From: a virus
UHGV virus genome: UHGV-0346409
Strand: one strand, 5' to 3'
DNA length: 44,226 bases
Part shown: one piece after another, positions 26,449-36,535 of the stretch
Position numbering within the stretch: position 1 is the stretch's first letter
Layout: each line of letters opens with the position of its first letter
Translations under genes and position numbers: made by a program
The notes under the pieces: generated by a model
The model's database searches: none
Seen by the model: only the letters and a program-made list of their open reading frames with translations
Told to the model about the DNA's origin: nothing

Positions 26449-28016
26449 CTGCTCAGCAGTTGCTCGGGCCTGACGGTAAAACGCCACTACGCCGTTACGC
26501 GGGGTATAACGGCGGCGGTCCCGGCTTCGGTGGCCAGCTGATTGACTGGAATGCACCACAGCAAAGCGCCGATGCGGCACTGCTGCCTAATTTTTATCGC
26601 GGTAACGCGCGAGCAGACGATCTCGTTCGTAATAACGGCGTCGCGTCGAACGCCGTGCAGCTGCATCAGGATCATATCGTCGGCAATCTGTTTAAGTTGA
26701 GTTATCGCCCTAACTGGCGTTACATCGGGATATCTCGCGAGGACGCCAGGGCGCTGGCGCGTGACGTTGAGGTCGCGTGGACTGAATACGCCGAGGACCC
26801 TCACTGCACGATTGATATCGAGCGGAAACGGACGTTCACAATGATGATTCGCGAAGGCGTGGCCACTCACGCGTTCAACGGTGAAACCTGCGTACAACCG
26901 GTGTGGGAGAGCTGCGCCGGCAGCGTTTTTCGGACGCGATTCAAAATGGTCTCACCGAAACGAATTCGAAATCCTGGCTACGCAGCTGACACTCAATTTC
27001 GCCGCGCCGGTGTTGATATCGATAAAAACGGGGCCGCGGTTGGGTACTGGATAGCCGAGGATACCTATCCCCTCGGCGGAGTTGGTAAATGCCGGCGCAT
27101 ACCAGCAAAACTCAGCAGCGGCAGACACGCATTCATTCACATATTCGAGCCGCTCGAGGACGGACAAACCCGCGGAGATAACATTTTTTACAGCGTAATG
27201 GAGCGGCTGAAAATGCTCGATACGCTGCAGCAAACACAGCTGCAGAGCGCCATCGTGAAGGCGATGTACGCCGCCACAATCGAATCAGAGCTCGACAGCC
27301 AGCAGGCGTTTGAATATATCGCCGGCGCGGGTACTGATATCGACTCGAACCCGCTGAGTTCGTTTATTCAGAGTTACGTGACGTACTACAACGGCGCAAA
27401 TATCAAGCTCGGTGGTGTGAAAGTTCCCCACCTGCATCCCGGCGACAAACTCAGTTTACAGACCGCTCAGAATGCTGATGCTGGTTTCAGTTCGCTGGAA
27501 AAATCACTCCTGCGTTACGTTGCCGCTGGCGTCGGCGCGTCATATGAGGAACTGAGTCGGGACTACAGCCAGGTCAGTTACTCCAGCGCGCGGGCCAGCG
27601 CAAACGTGAGCTGGCGTTTTTTCATGGGCCGTCGACGTTTTATCGCCGCACGACAGGCGTCACTGATGTTCTGCTGCTGGTTTGAGGAAGCTCTGGCGCG
27701 CGGAGTTATCACCCTGCCACGCTCAGCGGTCCGGTCGTTTTATGAAGCGCGGAACTCCTGGACGAACGCGCTCTGGATCGGCGCTGGTCGCATGGCGATT
27801 GATGGGCTGAAAGAGGTTCAGGAGAGCGCCATGCGCATCACGACTGGCCTCAGCACGTATCAGAACGAACTCGCGCTGCAGGGGCAGGACTACGAGGAGG
27901 TCATGGAACAACAGGAATACGAAATTCAGCGCCGGCGCGAAATGGGGCTGAGCGAACCATCCTGGTCAGTATCTCACCCCTCAAATACCAACGATAACGG
28001 CTGGGGAGGTAACTGA
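26445..28016 (+). CDS. B: Portal protein (lambda gpB-like)
   Basis: 523-aa ORF in the canonical position between W and the protease gene. Confidence 0.8.
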   Translation: MTAQQLLGPDGKTPLRRYAGYNGGGPGFGGQLIDWNAPQQSADAALLPNFYRGNARADDLVRNNGVASNAVQLHQDHIVGNLFKLSYRPNWRYIGISREDARALARDVEVAWTEYAEDPHCTIDIERKRTFTMMIREGVATHAFNGETCVQPVWESCAGSVFRTRFKMVSPKRIRNPGYAADTQFRRAGVDIDKNGAAVGYWIAEDTYPLGGVGKCRRIPAKLSSGRHAFIHIFEPLEDGQTRGDNIFYSVMERLKMLDTLQQTQLQSAIVKAMYAATIESELDSQQAFEYIAGAGTDIDSNPLSSFIQSYVTYYNGANIKLGGVKVPHLHPGDKLSLQTAQNADAGFSSLEKSLLRYVAAGVGASYEELSRDYSQVSYSSARASANVSWRFFMGRRRFIAARQASLMFCCWFEEALARGVITLPRSAVRSFYEARNSWTNALWIGAGRMAIDGLKEVQESAMRITTGLSTYQNELALQGQDYEEVMEQQEYEIQRRREMGLSEPSWSVSHPSNTNDNGWGGN

Positions 28017-29326
28017 TGCCGTGGAACAATTTTCCGCACCTCGCCGCTAGGGCGTTCAATCAACCGCTTTTGCTGGAGCCCGCCTACGCGCGGGTATTTT
28101 TTTCTGCGCTGAGCGACCGGTTCGGTACCGGGCGACTGATTGATACAGCGTCAGGAGAGGTAATGAACAGCGACGAAATGAACGCGCTCGCGATGGGGTG
28201 GGACAGCAGCGAGCGAACACGCCAGAAATCGTATCGCGTGGAGCGTGGTATAGCCGTTCTGCCGGTTACCGGGACGCTGGTTCATAAATTGGGTTATATC
28301 AATCCGGTCAGCGGGATGAGTGGTTACGACGGAATCGCAAAACGCCTGCAGCAGGCGATTTCTGATCCCGATGTTAAGGGGATCCTGCTGGATATTGATT
28401 CCCCTGGCGGTGAGGTCGCCGGCGCGTTTGATACCGCTGATTTAATCGCCCGGGCGCGAGAGCAAAAACCGGTGTGGGCGCTGGCCAGCGATACGGCCTG
28501 CAGCGCCGCATATTTGCTGGCGTCAGCGTGTTCGCGCCGGCTGATAACGCAGACCGGCACGGTTGGTTCAATCGGTGTCCTGATGGCTCACCGCTGCGTC
28601 GAAAAGGCGCTGGAGATTGCCGGCGTTGACGTGACGCTGATTTACGCCGGCGCGCACAAAGTCGACGGGAACCCGTATTCCCAGCTGCCCGACGACGTTC
28701 GCGACGAATTCCAGCTGAGTATTAACAGCACACGCGAGCAGTTCGCGCAAAAAGTCTCGGATTATACCGGGCTGAAAAAATCCAGGGTGCTGGCCACAGA
28801 GGCCGCAGTATTTATCGGCGCGGACGCGATTAAATCTGGTCTCGCTGATCAACTCGTTAATTACGCGGACGCTATCGCAGTGATGGCCGACGCACTGAAA
28901 CCAAAAACGGAGCGATTTATGCCAGGTACAACAGAAACCACGGCGGAGACCACGACCACAGAACAAACCGCGGCTACGACTACGGTCGCGCCGGTTGAGT
29001 CCAACGCGGAGCAGATTCGCGCGGACGCCGCATCGAGCGAACTGGCACGCGTGATGGCCATCATCAACTGTCCCGAAGCTGTTGGGCGCGAGGCGCAGGC
29101 AAAAGCGCTCGCTGCCGTCCCCGGGATGACGGTCGGGCAGGCGCAGGCTGTCCTCGCGGCAGCACCGCAAACAGCGCAGGCGCGGACAGAAACGGCGCTC
29201 GATACACTCATGAGCACTGAATCACCGGAAACTATTCAGGATGCCGGCAGCACCACGGCAACAGGAACAACCGCAAACGTCTCGATGCTGGTCGCGGCAG
29301 GGCGTTCAATTTTAGGGGATGAATAA
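28016..29326 (+). CDS. C: Prohead protease / scaffold (lambda gpC-like, S49 peptidase family)
   Basis: S49/ClpP-like segment (GILLDIDSPGGEVAG..AYLLASAC..GSIGV) and Ala/Thr-rich C-terminus. Confidence 0.8.
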   Translation: MPWNNFPHLAARAFNQPLLLEPAYARVFFSALSDRFGTGRLIDTASGEVMNSDEMNALAMGWDSSERTRQKSYRVERGIAVLPVTGTLVHKLGYINPVSGMSGYDGIAKRLQQAISDPDVKGILLDIDSPGGEVAGAFDTADLIARAREQKPVWALASDTACSAAYLLASACSRRLITQTGTVGSIGVLMAHRCVEKALEIAGVDVTLIYAGAHKVDGNPYSQLPDDVRDEFQLSINSTREQFAQKVSDYTGLKKSRVLATEAAVFIGADAIKSGLADQLVNYADAIAVMADALKPKTERFMPGTTETTAETTTTEQTAATTTVAPVESNAEQIRADAASSELARVMAIINCPEAVGREAQAKALAAVPGMTVGQAQAVLAAAPQTAQARTETALDTLMSTESPETIQDAGSTTATGTTANVSMLVAAGRSILGDE

Positions 29327-29655
29327 TGACCACAGAAACGTATAGCCCGGATGATTTTATTCTGGGACCCGATCTTGTTGTGACGACCGTCGGTCATTTT
29401 CAGGGCGGGATCAACGTACCCCGGCTGACACCGATTATGCTCGACGCTACTGCCGGGACGTTTAAAGTCTGGGACGGCTCAATTGGTAAGGCGGTTGGTC
29501 TCACAGCCACAGCAGTTAATACAGGCTCCAGTTCTGCAGACTGCTCGTACTACAAATCAGGATCGTTTCGTTATACGGCGATTAACTGGGGTACGGTTAC
29601 TGACGTCGCTAAACGCAAATCAGCGTTTGCTGGTACGCCAGTCAGCGTTGGCTGA
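29326..29655 (+). CDS. D: Head decoration protein (lambda gpD-like)
   Basis: 109-aa ORF matching lambda D by recall (P.ML.....K...WDG......YKSG.FRY......AFAGT..S). Confidence 0.8.
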   Translation: MTTETYSPDDFILGPDLVVTTVGHFQGGINVPRLTPIMLDATAGTFKVWDGSIGKAVGLTATAVNTGSSSADCSYYKSGSFRYTAINWGTVTDVAKRKSAFAGTPVSVG

Positions 29656-29678
29656 TAGCAAAAAAAAAACTCAAAACA

Positions 29679-29701
29679 AGCCGCCTCCGGGCGGTTTTTT
29701 T
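29679..29701 (+). terminator. Hairpin plus T-run between the decoration and major capsid genes (partial terminator or RNA-stability element)
   Basis: A-run, AGCCGCC-TCCG-GGCGGTT hairpin, then TTTTT. Confidence 0.45.
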
Positions 29702-29716
29702 ATACAGGATATATAA

Positions 29717-30751
29717 ATGAGCGATTCGTTTACTACGTCAGAACTGATTACCGCAACGCAGCAGGTATTTAAGTTCAATCCGTTGTTTTTAAGATTGTTT
29801 TTCCGTGAGACCTACACGTTTACGAGCGAAGAGGTTTTTCTGGATAAAATCCCGGGCAAAGTCAATATGGCGGTATATTGCGCGCCGATGATCACCGGCA
29901 AAGTTGACCGCACTCGCGGCTATTCAACGAACCATTTCAAACCGGGTTACACGAAGCCGAAACACACGATCAATCCGAATATGAGCATTAAGCGCGCCGC
30001 CGGTGAGCAAATTGGTCAGCCGGAAACGCCGGTCGAACGTCGTGCAAAAATCATCATGCAGAACCTGCTCGACGAGGAACTCAGCATCAGTCAGCTCGAA
30101 GAGTTCCAGGCAGTGCAGGCGGTTCTGTACGGTAAATACACAGTCTCCGGCAGCAATATCGAGACCTATGAGATCGATATGAGCCGCAGCGCGACGAATA
30201 ACGTCACTCAGTCCGGTTCGACAGCCTGGTCTACTCAGGACGCGGAAACGTATGACCCGAGCGACGATATCGAATCCTATGCAGACCTCGCCTCCGGTGC
30301 TGTTAACGTGATCATCATGGACGGTAAAGCCTGGAAGCAGTTGAAGCGCTTTAAAAAATTCTGGACGGCACTGGATACGCGCCGTGGCTCAAACAGCCAG
30401 CTCGAAGTCGCGCTGAAAAACCTGGGCGATGTCGTTAGCTTTAAGGGCTATTACGGCGACACGGCGCTGTTCGTTTACAAGGGGCAATATATTGACCCTG
30501 TAACAGGCATTGAAACGCGTTATATGCCGGATAACACGATGATCCTGGGCAACACAAAAAATCGCGGACTCCGCACGTATGGCGCGATTCAGGACGAAGA
30601 CGCGCTGAAAGAGGGGATCTGCGAGGCCACGCGCTATCCAAAAGTCTGGACGACGACCGGTGATCCGGCAGTGACGCAGACAATGACTCAATCCGCGCCA
30701 GCAATGGTGCTCACGGACGCTGATGCATTCGTCGTCGTAAAAATCGCGTAA
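29717..30751 (+). CDS. E: Major capsid protein (lambda gpE-like)
   Basis: 344-aa ORF with long collinear similarity to lambda E by recall (FKF.PLFLRLFFRE, PGYVKPKH, RRGSNS.LE, LPDNTM.LGNT..RGLRTYG.IQD, RYPK.W.TTGDPA). Confidence 0.9.
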   Translation: MSDSFTTSELITATQQVFKFNPLFLRLFFRETYTFTSEEVFLDKIPGKVNMAVYCAPMITGKVDRTRGYSTNHFKPGYTKPKHTINPNMSIKRAAGEQIGQPETPVERRAKIIMQNLLDEELSISQLEEFQAVQAVLYGKYTVSGSNIETYEIDMSRSATNNVTQSGSTAWSTQDAETYDPSDDIESYADLASGAVNVIIMDGKAWKQLKRFKKFWTALDTRRGSNSQLEVALKNLGDVVSFKGYYGDTALFVYKGQYIDPVTGIETRYMPDNTMILGNTKNRGLRTYGAIQDEDALKEGICEATRYPKVWTTTGDPAVTQTMTQSAPAMVLTDADAFVVVKIA

Positions 30752-30770
30752 GAGCCGAAAGGCTCTTTTT
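30752..30770 (+). terminator. Rho-independent terminator just after the major capsid gene
   Basis: GAGCC-GAAA-GGCTC hairpin followed by TTTTT. Confidence 0.55.
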
Positions 30771-30781
30771 AAGGAATCAAC

Positions 30782-31189
30782 ATGAGCACAAAAACAGAAT
30801 TGCTGGCGCGCATCGATGATCTGAGCGCCCAGCTTGGTCGCGAATTACCGCGTAGCGGGACTATTGCGGAACTGGAATCAATCGTCGCCGGCGCTGAGTC
30901 AGAGCTCGATATTCTGAACGAGCAATCCGGCGACGAGAGTGATGCCGACACTAATGCAAGCGCATCAGATGATGGTGACGGTGCCGAACAACCGTCAATC
31001 GCGAGCACGACGTCACAACCAGAACTGTCCCCCGCCACGCGCCGCGTCAGACTGCGTAACACGCTGGACGTTTATCACTACGTGAACGGGCGTCGCGTTC
31101 GCGAGATTGTTGCTGCTGGCCGGGAAATTGTTGTTGATTCACCGGAGGTTGCAGACCTCATCGCAGCTGATCACGTTTACGCGCTATGA
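30782..31189 (+). CDS. DNA packaging / head completion protein (lambda gpFI-like)
   Basis: 135-aa acidic ORF whose N-terminus (MSTKTELLARIDDLSAQLGRELPRSGTIAELE) resembles lambda FI by recall; position after E. Confidence 0.6.
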   Translation: MSTKTELLARIDDLSAQLGRELPRSGTIAELESIVAGAESELDILNEQSGDESDADTNASASDDGDGAEQPSIASTTSQPELSPATRRVRLRNTLDVYHYVNGRRVREIVAAGREIVVDSPEVADLIAADHVYAL

Positions 31190-31566
31190 GCTACTACGAT
31201 GACCTCCGGGCTGGCGACGAGGAGATGATCCGTGAGTGGGGATGGCCCGTTAAATTACGCGGTAAAACCGACCCTATTATCGCTATTTTCAACGAGCCTT
31301 ACGCGCGCGTTGACGTTCCTCACGCTGGTTTTATTACCGGTACAGTAACGAGCCTGACAGCGCTTTCAGACGACGTCGCTGGCGTTGTTGCGCGTGACGT
31401 TGTCCAGGTCCCAAAGCAGCGCAGTATCGCTGCTGACGGCTCTGTTACCTGGTCTGACTGGACCGATTACGTGGTTAAAGAGCCTCAACCGGATGGCATC
31501 GGTCTCACGAATATTTTTTTAGAGCCTCACACGTCCAGCGAAAACAGCGAGTATTCAAAATACTAA
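31186..31566 (+). CDS. Putative head-tail connector (FII-like by position)
   Basis: 126-aa ORF coupled to FI-like gene; positional only. Confidence 0.4.
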   Translation: MSYYDDLRAGDEEMIREWGWPVKLRGKTDPIIAIFNEPYARVDVPHAGFITGTVTSLTALSDDVAGVVARDVVQVPKQRSIAADGSVTWSDWTDYVVKEPQPDGIGLTNIFLEPHTSSENSEYSKY

Positions 31567-31587
31567 GTGGGACCGCGGTCCCACTTA
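31564..31587. repeat. Perfect 24-bp palindrome TAAGTGGGACCGCGGTCCCACTTA overlapping the stop codon of the FII-like gene
   Basis: Read directly; 12-bp arms with no spacer; 10 nt upstream of the RBS of the next gene. Confidence 0.8.
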
Positions 31588-31597
31588 AGGGGGAACC

Positions 31598-32278
31598 GTG
31601 GCCGATTTACGTAGTAACGCGCAGATGTTCGATATCGATGTTTCGGCGCTGGAGCAGCTCAGAGTCGAAATCAGCGCGACGCAACATCAGATGCTGATGG
31701 CATACAACAGAGCGCTGAACCGAACTGCAAAGCATATGCACCGAATTTCAGCAGGAATGATTTTGACTGCACTGGCAGCTAAAAATCATAAGGCCGTAAA
31801 TAAACGAATCAAACCGTTCATTAAGCGCCGCAATTTTACAAAAGAAGGGGCAGGAGATCTGAGTAGCGTAAAACTCTGGTACGGCCTGAACGATTTCCGT
31901 GTATCTGAGCTAAAGGGGCAATTACAAAATCCCAGGAAGCAGAAGCAGCCTCGCAATCCAGAGACCGGTCAATTTTTGAAAACAAAAAAAGGCGCTCGAG
32001 GGGCAACTTTTACGCCCAAAAGTGCAGGGCTGGCGATGATTAGTTGGCCAGATTCATTCGTAGCGAAACGCTACGGTGCGAAAAGCGTCTGGATTCGACT
32101 GGCTCGCGGAGGAATCGAAGAGGCTCGCGTACCTGTGCACGACGCGCTTGAGGATGCTATCGATGATTATATTTTTGAAAACATTGGCCCTGTTTTCATG
32201 GGCTTTTTTGAGAAAGATTTGCGCGGTCGAGTGAAAGGACGCGTTCACGTAGACCCTAAAACAGGTAAACGATTATGA
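31598..32278 (+). CDS. Virion morphogenesis / tail-associated protein (226 aa)
   Basis: GTG start with AGGGGGAA RBS; position between head completion and baseplate genes. Confidence 0.4.
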   Translation: MADLRSNAQMFDIDVSALEQLRVEISATQHQMLMAYNRALNRTAKHMHRISAGMILTALAAKNHKAVNKRIKPFIKRRNFTKEGAGDLSSVKLWYGLNDFRVSELKGQLQNPRKQKQPRNPETGQFLKTKKGARGATFTPKSAGLAMISWPDSFVAKRYGAKSVWIRLARGGIEEARVPVHDALEDAIDDYIFENIGPVFMGFFEKDLRGRVKGRVHVDPKTGKRL

Positions 32279-32811
32279 GCGGACTGGATGCATTTGACGA
32301 ATATCTTGATCGCGTTAAAGGCGCGGTTTTACAAATACCGTTCATCAAAACATTCGGAATTTATCCAGAAATTCCGGCAGGATTTGAAACGCCAGCTCTG
32401 TTCCTGGAAATCAGCAACTGGTCACAGAGTGACGAATCGGTTCCAGGCTCAATTCAGTCAGTCGAGCTGTCGTGTAATTTGTATTTGCTGCGTGAGTTTG
32501 CTGCGGATCGGTACGGACTGAAATCGCAGAATGCAGCGCTCTATATGACGAGCTGGATTGATGGGCGAATGTTCGGTCCCGGAACTAAACCGGCAAAATT
32601 CAGCGACGCGGAACCGTGTGACTGGATTAAAAACGGGCAGTCAGTCGGTTCGCATTCAGTTCAGTGCGTGTCGTTCACGCAGGTTGTCGGCGTTGGTCCC
32701 GATATTTTCGATTACCCATCACAGGGAACCCTGAAAAATTTATATGTCGGAATAGCGCCAGATATCGGCGCAGAACATGAGGGCGACTACTATGGCCCAA
32801 TCGGACGATGA
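32275..32811 (+). CDS. Virion structural protein (178 aa), possible tail completion or baseplate component
   Basis: Coupled ORF upstream of the baseplate spike gene; positional. Confidence 0.4.
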   Translation: MSGLDAFDEYLDRVKGAVLQIPFIKTFGIYPEIPAGFETPALFLEISNWSQSDESVPGSIQSVELSCNLYLLREFAADRYGLKSQNAALYMTSWIDGRMFGPGTKPAKFSDAEPCDWIKNGQSVGSHSVQCVSFTQVVGVGPDIFDYPSQGTLKNLYVGIAPDIGAEHEGDYYGPIGR

Positions 32812-33694
32812 ATATGCTGCAGCGGAGAACGCGCGCCGGCTGCGTGACGCAGTTAAACGCGGCACGATAGCTGCAGTTAAAATGAATCCTCCTCGCTGCC
32901 GCGTCTCATTTGGCGGCGAGCACCAGTCAGGCTGGCTGCAGTGGTTCACGCACGCGACATCGGAACGAGTGGATTGGAGCGCTCCATCAGTGGGTGATCC
33001 CGTTACCGTTGTTTCTGAGGGCGGGGACACGCGGAACGGCGTAGTTATGCTCGGGCTGCACATTGACAACAAAGCTCCGCCCAGTAATGACCCCCATGAT
33101 CATGTCACTGCATACTGTGACGGGGCTACGATGACGTATAACACAAAAAATCACACTCTGACATGGCAGGGCGTACCGGACGGCGTAGTAAAAATACTCG
33201 GTGAGTCTGAAATAGAAATATTCGGACGTGCAGACGTTACTATTAATAGCGAAAACGTTGTCAATATTCACGGTGGAAAATTAATTAACGCAGACGCTGA
33301 CATTATTAATGTGACAGCAACTGACACAATTAACGCACATGCTGATTTAGTGAACGTTATAGCAACGAGTTCTGTTAGTGTTACTGCTGCGAACAGAATA
33401 TCGCTGACAGCTCAAACAATCAGTGCGTGGGCTCCGGGTGGGATAACACTAGCTGGTCCAACGCATATCACCGAGACATTAATTGTAGATAAATTAGCGA
33501 CATTCCGTAACGATATTTCTGTCACTGGAGATAACGGTGGAACAGGTAATATCACAACTCGCGGTAGTGTGTTAGCAGGACAAGAGGTGCAGGATCGACA
33601 AGGCACAATAACTGAAGTCCGCACAACGTATAACGGACACACTCATACATGCCCGGACGGGGAAACACAACAACCGAACCAACCAATGGCGTAA
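32792..33694 (+). CDS. Baseplate central spike protein (P2 gpV-like)
   Basis: N-terminal gpV-like region and C-terminal beta-helix-like tandem repeats (VVNIHGGKLINADADIINVTATDTINAHADLVNVIATSSVSVTAANRISLTAQTISA); start at the ATG with GAGGG RBS (track start 32777). Confidence 0.65.
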   Translation: MAQSDDEYAAAENARRLRDAVKRGTIAAVKMNPPRCRVSFGGEHQSGWLQWFTHATSERVDWSAPSVGDPVTVVSEGGDTRNGVVMLGLHIDNKAPPSNDPHDHVTAYCDGATMTYNTKNHTLTWQGVPDGVVKILGESEIEIFGRADVTINSENVVNIHGGKLINADADIINVTATDTINAHADLVNVIATSSVSVTAANRISLTAQTISAWAPGGITLAGPTHITETLIVDKLATFRNDISVTGDNGGTGNITTRGSVLAGQEVQDRQGTITEVRTTYNGHTHTCPDGETQQPNQPMA

Positions 33695-33696
33695 AT

Positions 33697-34038
33697 ATGC
33701 TTGGAATGGACCGTAACACTGGTAAACCTTTATCCGGGGTTGACCACATTTGTCAGTCTATCGTTGATATTTTAACGACCCCGCTGGGAACCCGTGTAAT
33801 GCTGCCGGAATATGGGAGCAAATTATTTGACCTCGTTGATAATCCCACAGATCCATCACTGGCTATACGGATAATCATGGAAAGTGCTGGCGCAATAGCA
33901 CGCTGGGAACCACGCGTCAGAATTGACAGAATAAATGTGTTAGCAGTGGATATCGGGAAAATAACAATATTAATTATCGCAACAGATATCGAAACACAAC
34001 AGCGATTAGAGTTTAATAATATGGAGCTGATATTTTGA
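33697..34038 (+). CDS. Baseplate protein (P2 gpW / gp25-like)
   Basis: About 113-aa ORF with gp25/GPW-like features (recall); start at the first ATG after the upstream stop. Confidence 0.65.
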   Translation: MLGMDRNTGKPLSGVDHICQSIVDILTTPLGTRVMLPEYGSKLFDLVDNPTDPSLAIRIIMESAGAIARWEPRVRIDRINVLAVDIGKITILIIATDIETQQRLEFNNMELIF

Positions 34039-34079
34039 TAACATCAACAGTTCAGAACTCGATAGTGAAAACTATTGAT

Positions 34080-34955
34080 ATGAGTCTGCTGCCGCCGCCA
34101 GCATTCGTTAAAACCCCGTTATTTTCAGATGTTAAATCTAATCTACTGTCAGAGCTGCAGATATTATATCCACAATTTAACGCACTCCTGGAGTCAGACC
34201 CGGCAGTTAAACTGCTGGAAATAGTTGCATACAGAGAAATCATTATTACAGCTCGGGTAAATCAGGGGATGCTCGCTGTATTGCTCGCGTTTGCAAAAGG
34301 GACTGACCTCGACCAGATTGGCGCTAATTTTGACTGCCTGCGGCTGTTGATAACGCCAGCTAATCCCGACTCAGTCCCCCCGACTGAAGCGGTTTACGAG
34401 AGTGACGACGAGTATCGTCATCGCATACAACTATCATGGTACGCGCGTAATACTGCCGGCAGTACAAACGCGTATAACTATTTCGCGCTATCGAGTGATC
34501 CCGATGTTCTGTCAGCGCAGGCATACGGCCCGCCTGTGACTCAGCCAGGGTACGTCGATATGTACGTTTTGTCCCGGACAGGCGACGGTGTACCCCCGCA
34601 ATCACTACTGAATACAGTGAATGCGGCCCTGTCTCCTGACGACACTCGGCCACTAACTGATTTCGTGACCGTAAAACCTGCGTCGAACCTGAATTACCGG
34701 GTTGAGGCCGTTATCGTAGCGGGGCTCGGTCCCGACCAGAACGTATTACTCAACGGCGCGCAGAGCGACCTGGCGGTCTACGTGACCACGCAACATAAAA
34801 TCGGGGCAACAGCAGCCCTGTCGGGAATTTACGACGCAATACATCGTGACGGCACCGAACGTGTGATTCTGATATCGCCGACAGAGGACGTCATTGCAGG
34901 TGTCGGACAGGCACCATATTGCACCGAAATTAAACTCAGCGTACAGATGGGGTGA
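34080..34955 (+). CDS. Baseplate protein (P2 gpJ-like)
   Basis: Collinear similarity to P2 J by recall (ESDDEYRHRIQLSW...AYNYFALSSDP, PYCTEIKL); start placed at the internal ATG matching the P2 J N-terminus (track start 34035 is TTG). Confidence 0.75.
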   Translation: MSLLPPPAFVKTPLFSDVKSNLLSELQILYPQFNALLESDPAVKLLEIVAYREIIITARVNQGMLAVLLAFAKGTDLDQIGANFDCLRLLITPANPDSVPPTEAVYESDDEYRHRIQLSWYARNTAGSTNAYNYFALSSDPDVLSAQAYGPPVTQPGYVDMYVLSRTGDGVPPQSLLNTVNAALSPDDTRPLTDFVTVKPASNLNYRVEAVIVAGLGPDQNVLLNGAQSDLAVYVTTQHKIGATAALSGIYDAIHRDGTERVILISPTEDVIAGVGQAPYCTEIKLSVQMG

Positions 34956-34957
34956 CA

Positions 34958-35584
34958 ATGACGAGCCAGAGTGTACTGCCTCCTAACGCAGTAACACCAG
35001 AAAGAGCGCTGGAAGCCGTTTTATCTCACGTCGGCGATCTGCCTGGCGATATTCGAATTATTAAGAATCCCGATTTGTGTCCTGCAAATCTGTTGCCGTG
35101 GCTTGCGTGGGAATACGCCGTCACCTACTGGAACCCCGACTGGAGCGAGCAGCAAAAACGCGAAATTATTAAAGCAGCTGCGTGGCAGAACAAGCACCGC
35201 GGAACGCGTGGAGCTGTTGAACGAGCGTTATTAACAGTTGGATTTGAGAGCAAAATGAGAGAGTGGTTCGAAGCCGCGCCCAGGGACGACCCGTATACAT
35301 TCGCAATTAAAATATATCTGCTAAAAAATATGGGGTTAGATTTAGAGCTATTGAATACATTTATTGCACAAATATTTGATGCAAAAAATTGTCGCTCTTT
35401 ATTAAAAGAAATAAATTTCGAAACAGGTGTGGAAGGGGAATTTTTTATAGCTGGAACTCCTTACACAAAAATAGGCGTAAATATACCGGCAGATGGTGAT
35501 GGTGGCGTGAAATTAAATGGCGGATTATATATATCAGGCTCGCCAATCGTGAGTCTGTTAGTGGAGATTGGACCCAATGGCTAA
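34958..35584 (+). CDS. Baseplate / tail protein (P2 gpI-like)
   Basis: 209-aa ORF after J; GGGG RBS before ATG 34958; positional and general resemblance. Confidence 0.6.
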   Translation: MTSQSVLPPNAVTPERALEAVLSHVGDLPGDIRIIKNPDLCPANLLPWLAWEYAVTYWNPDWSEQQKREIIKAAAWQNKHRGTRGAVERALLTVGFESKMREWFEAAPRDDPYTFAIKIYLLKNMGLDLELLNTFIAQIFDAKNCRSLLKEINFETGVEGEFFIAGTPYTKIGVNIPADGDGGVKLNGGLYISGSPIVSLLVEIGPNG

Positions 35585-36530
35585 ATTAAAATCAAATCTG
35601 AAAGCTAACGCGAGCCAAGTTTATGCGGTGCTGACAGACCGTGGCGCGCAATTAGAAGCTGCGGCGCTGGCGTCAGGCGTGCCGGTAGTGCTAAATAAAT
35701 TCGTTATTGGTGACGCGAACGGAAATGACGACGTAACACCAGACCCGGCCAGAACGGCATTAATTCACGAGACGTATCGCGGAGATATTAAATCGTCAGA
35801 AAATAGCGGTAATCAGGTCATTTTTACACTGTACGTACCGCCGGAAACCGGCGGTTATACCATCCGCGAGGTGGGGATATTAACAGATAAAGGGGAACTG
35901 TACTCAGTTGCACGTTCACCGGATATTTTAAAACCTACGGACAGCAACGGCGCGCTGATTTCAATCACGTATAAATACACTCTCGCGGTGTCCAGCACGT
36001 CTACTGTTAACGTTGTTATTGATAACAGTAGCGGAATGAGCCAGGCAGATGCCGATAAACGATATTTGCAGATAGGTAAAAATTTATCTGAAATTAAAGA
36101 TAAAGGCACGGTGGCGCAAAAAACGGCGCGAGAAAATATCGGCGTAAATCTTGATAATTATTACACCAAAGAAGACGTTGATGATTTAATTGATGCTAAC
36201 GATGACCCTGCACCGGCGGTGCCTGCGTTTGCAGCTGTCGGCTCAGTTGTTTATGCTGGATTTACATTCGATAACTCTACTGTAATGCACTATAAACCTG
36301 GTGATCAGTTACAAGGTTCGATAATTTCCCCTGCATGCATTCAATGGAAATATACCGGAGGTGTCGGCTCTATGAGCGAAGCCACGCTTACGCTAACTTT
36401 TGGAAGTGAGCCATTGCCTGGTATTTGGCAATTGTGCGGACTGATCCCCCAGAGCTATGAGCCATCTTCCGGGGCTGGTGAAGATATCTATACTGGCAAA
36501 TTTGCAACTAATTTCACGAGGATAGCGTAA
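35577..36530 (+). CDS. Tail fibre protein (tail-collar-type N-terminal region)
   Basis: Position after gpI-like gene; N-terminal region typical of myovirus tail fibre proteins (recall); ATG 35577 preferred over track TTG 35568. Confidence 0.5.
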   Translation: MAKLKSNLKANASQVYAVLTDRGAQLEAAALASGVPVVLNKFVIGDANGNDDVTPDPARTALIHETYRGDIKSSENSGNQVIFTLYVPPETGGYTIREVGILTDKGELYSVARSPDILKPTDSNGALISITYKYTLAVSSTSTVNVVIDNSSGMSQADADKRYLQIGKNLSEIKDKGTVAQKTARENIGVNLDNYYTKEDVDDLIDANDDPAPAVPAFAAVGSVVYAGFTFDNSTVMHYKPGDQLQGSIISPACIQWKYTGGVGSMSEATLTLTFGSEPLPGIWQLCGLIPQSYEPSSGAGEDIYTGKFATNFTRIA

Positions 36531-36535
36531 AACAA

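Noticed and set aside
28324-29217. Minus-strand ORFs of 65-200 aa inside the prohead protease gene
   Set aside because: Antisense to a well-supported gene; Cys/Arg-rich low-complexity translations.
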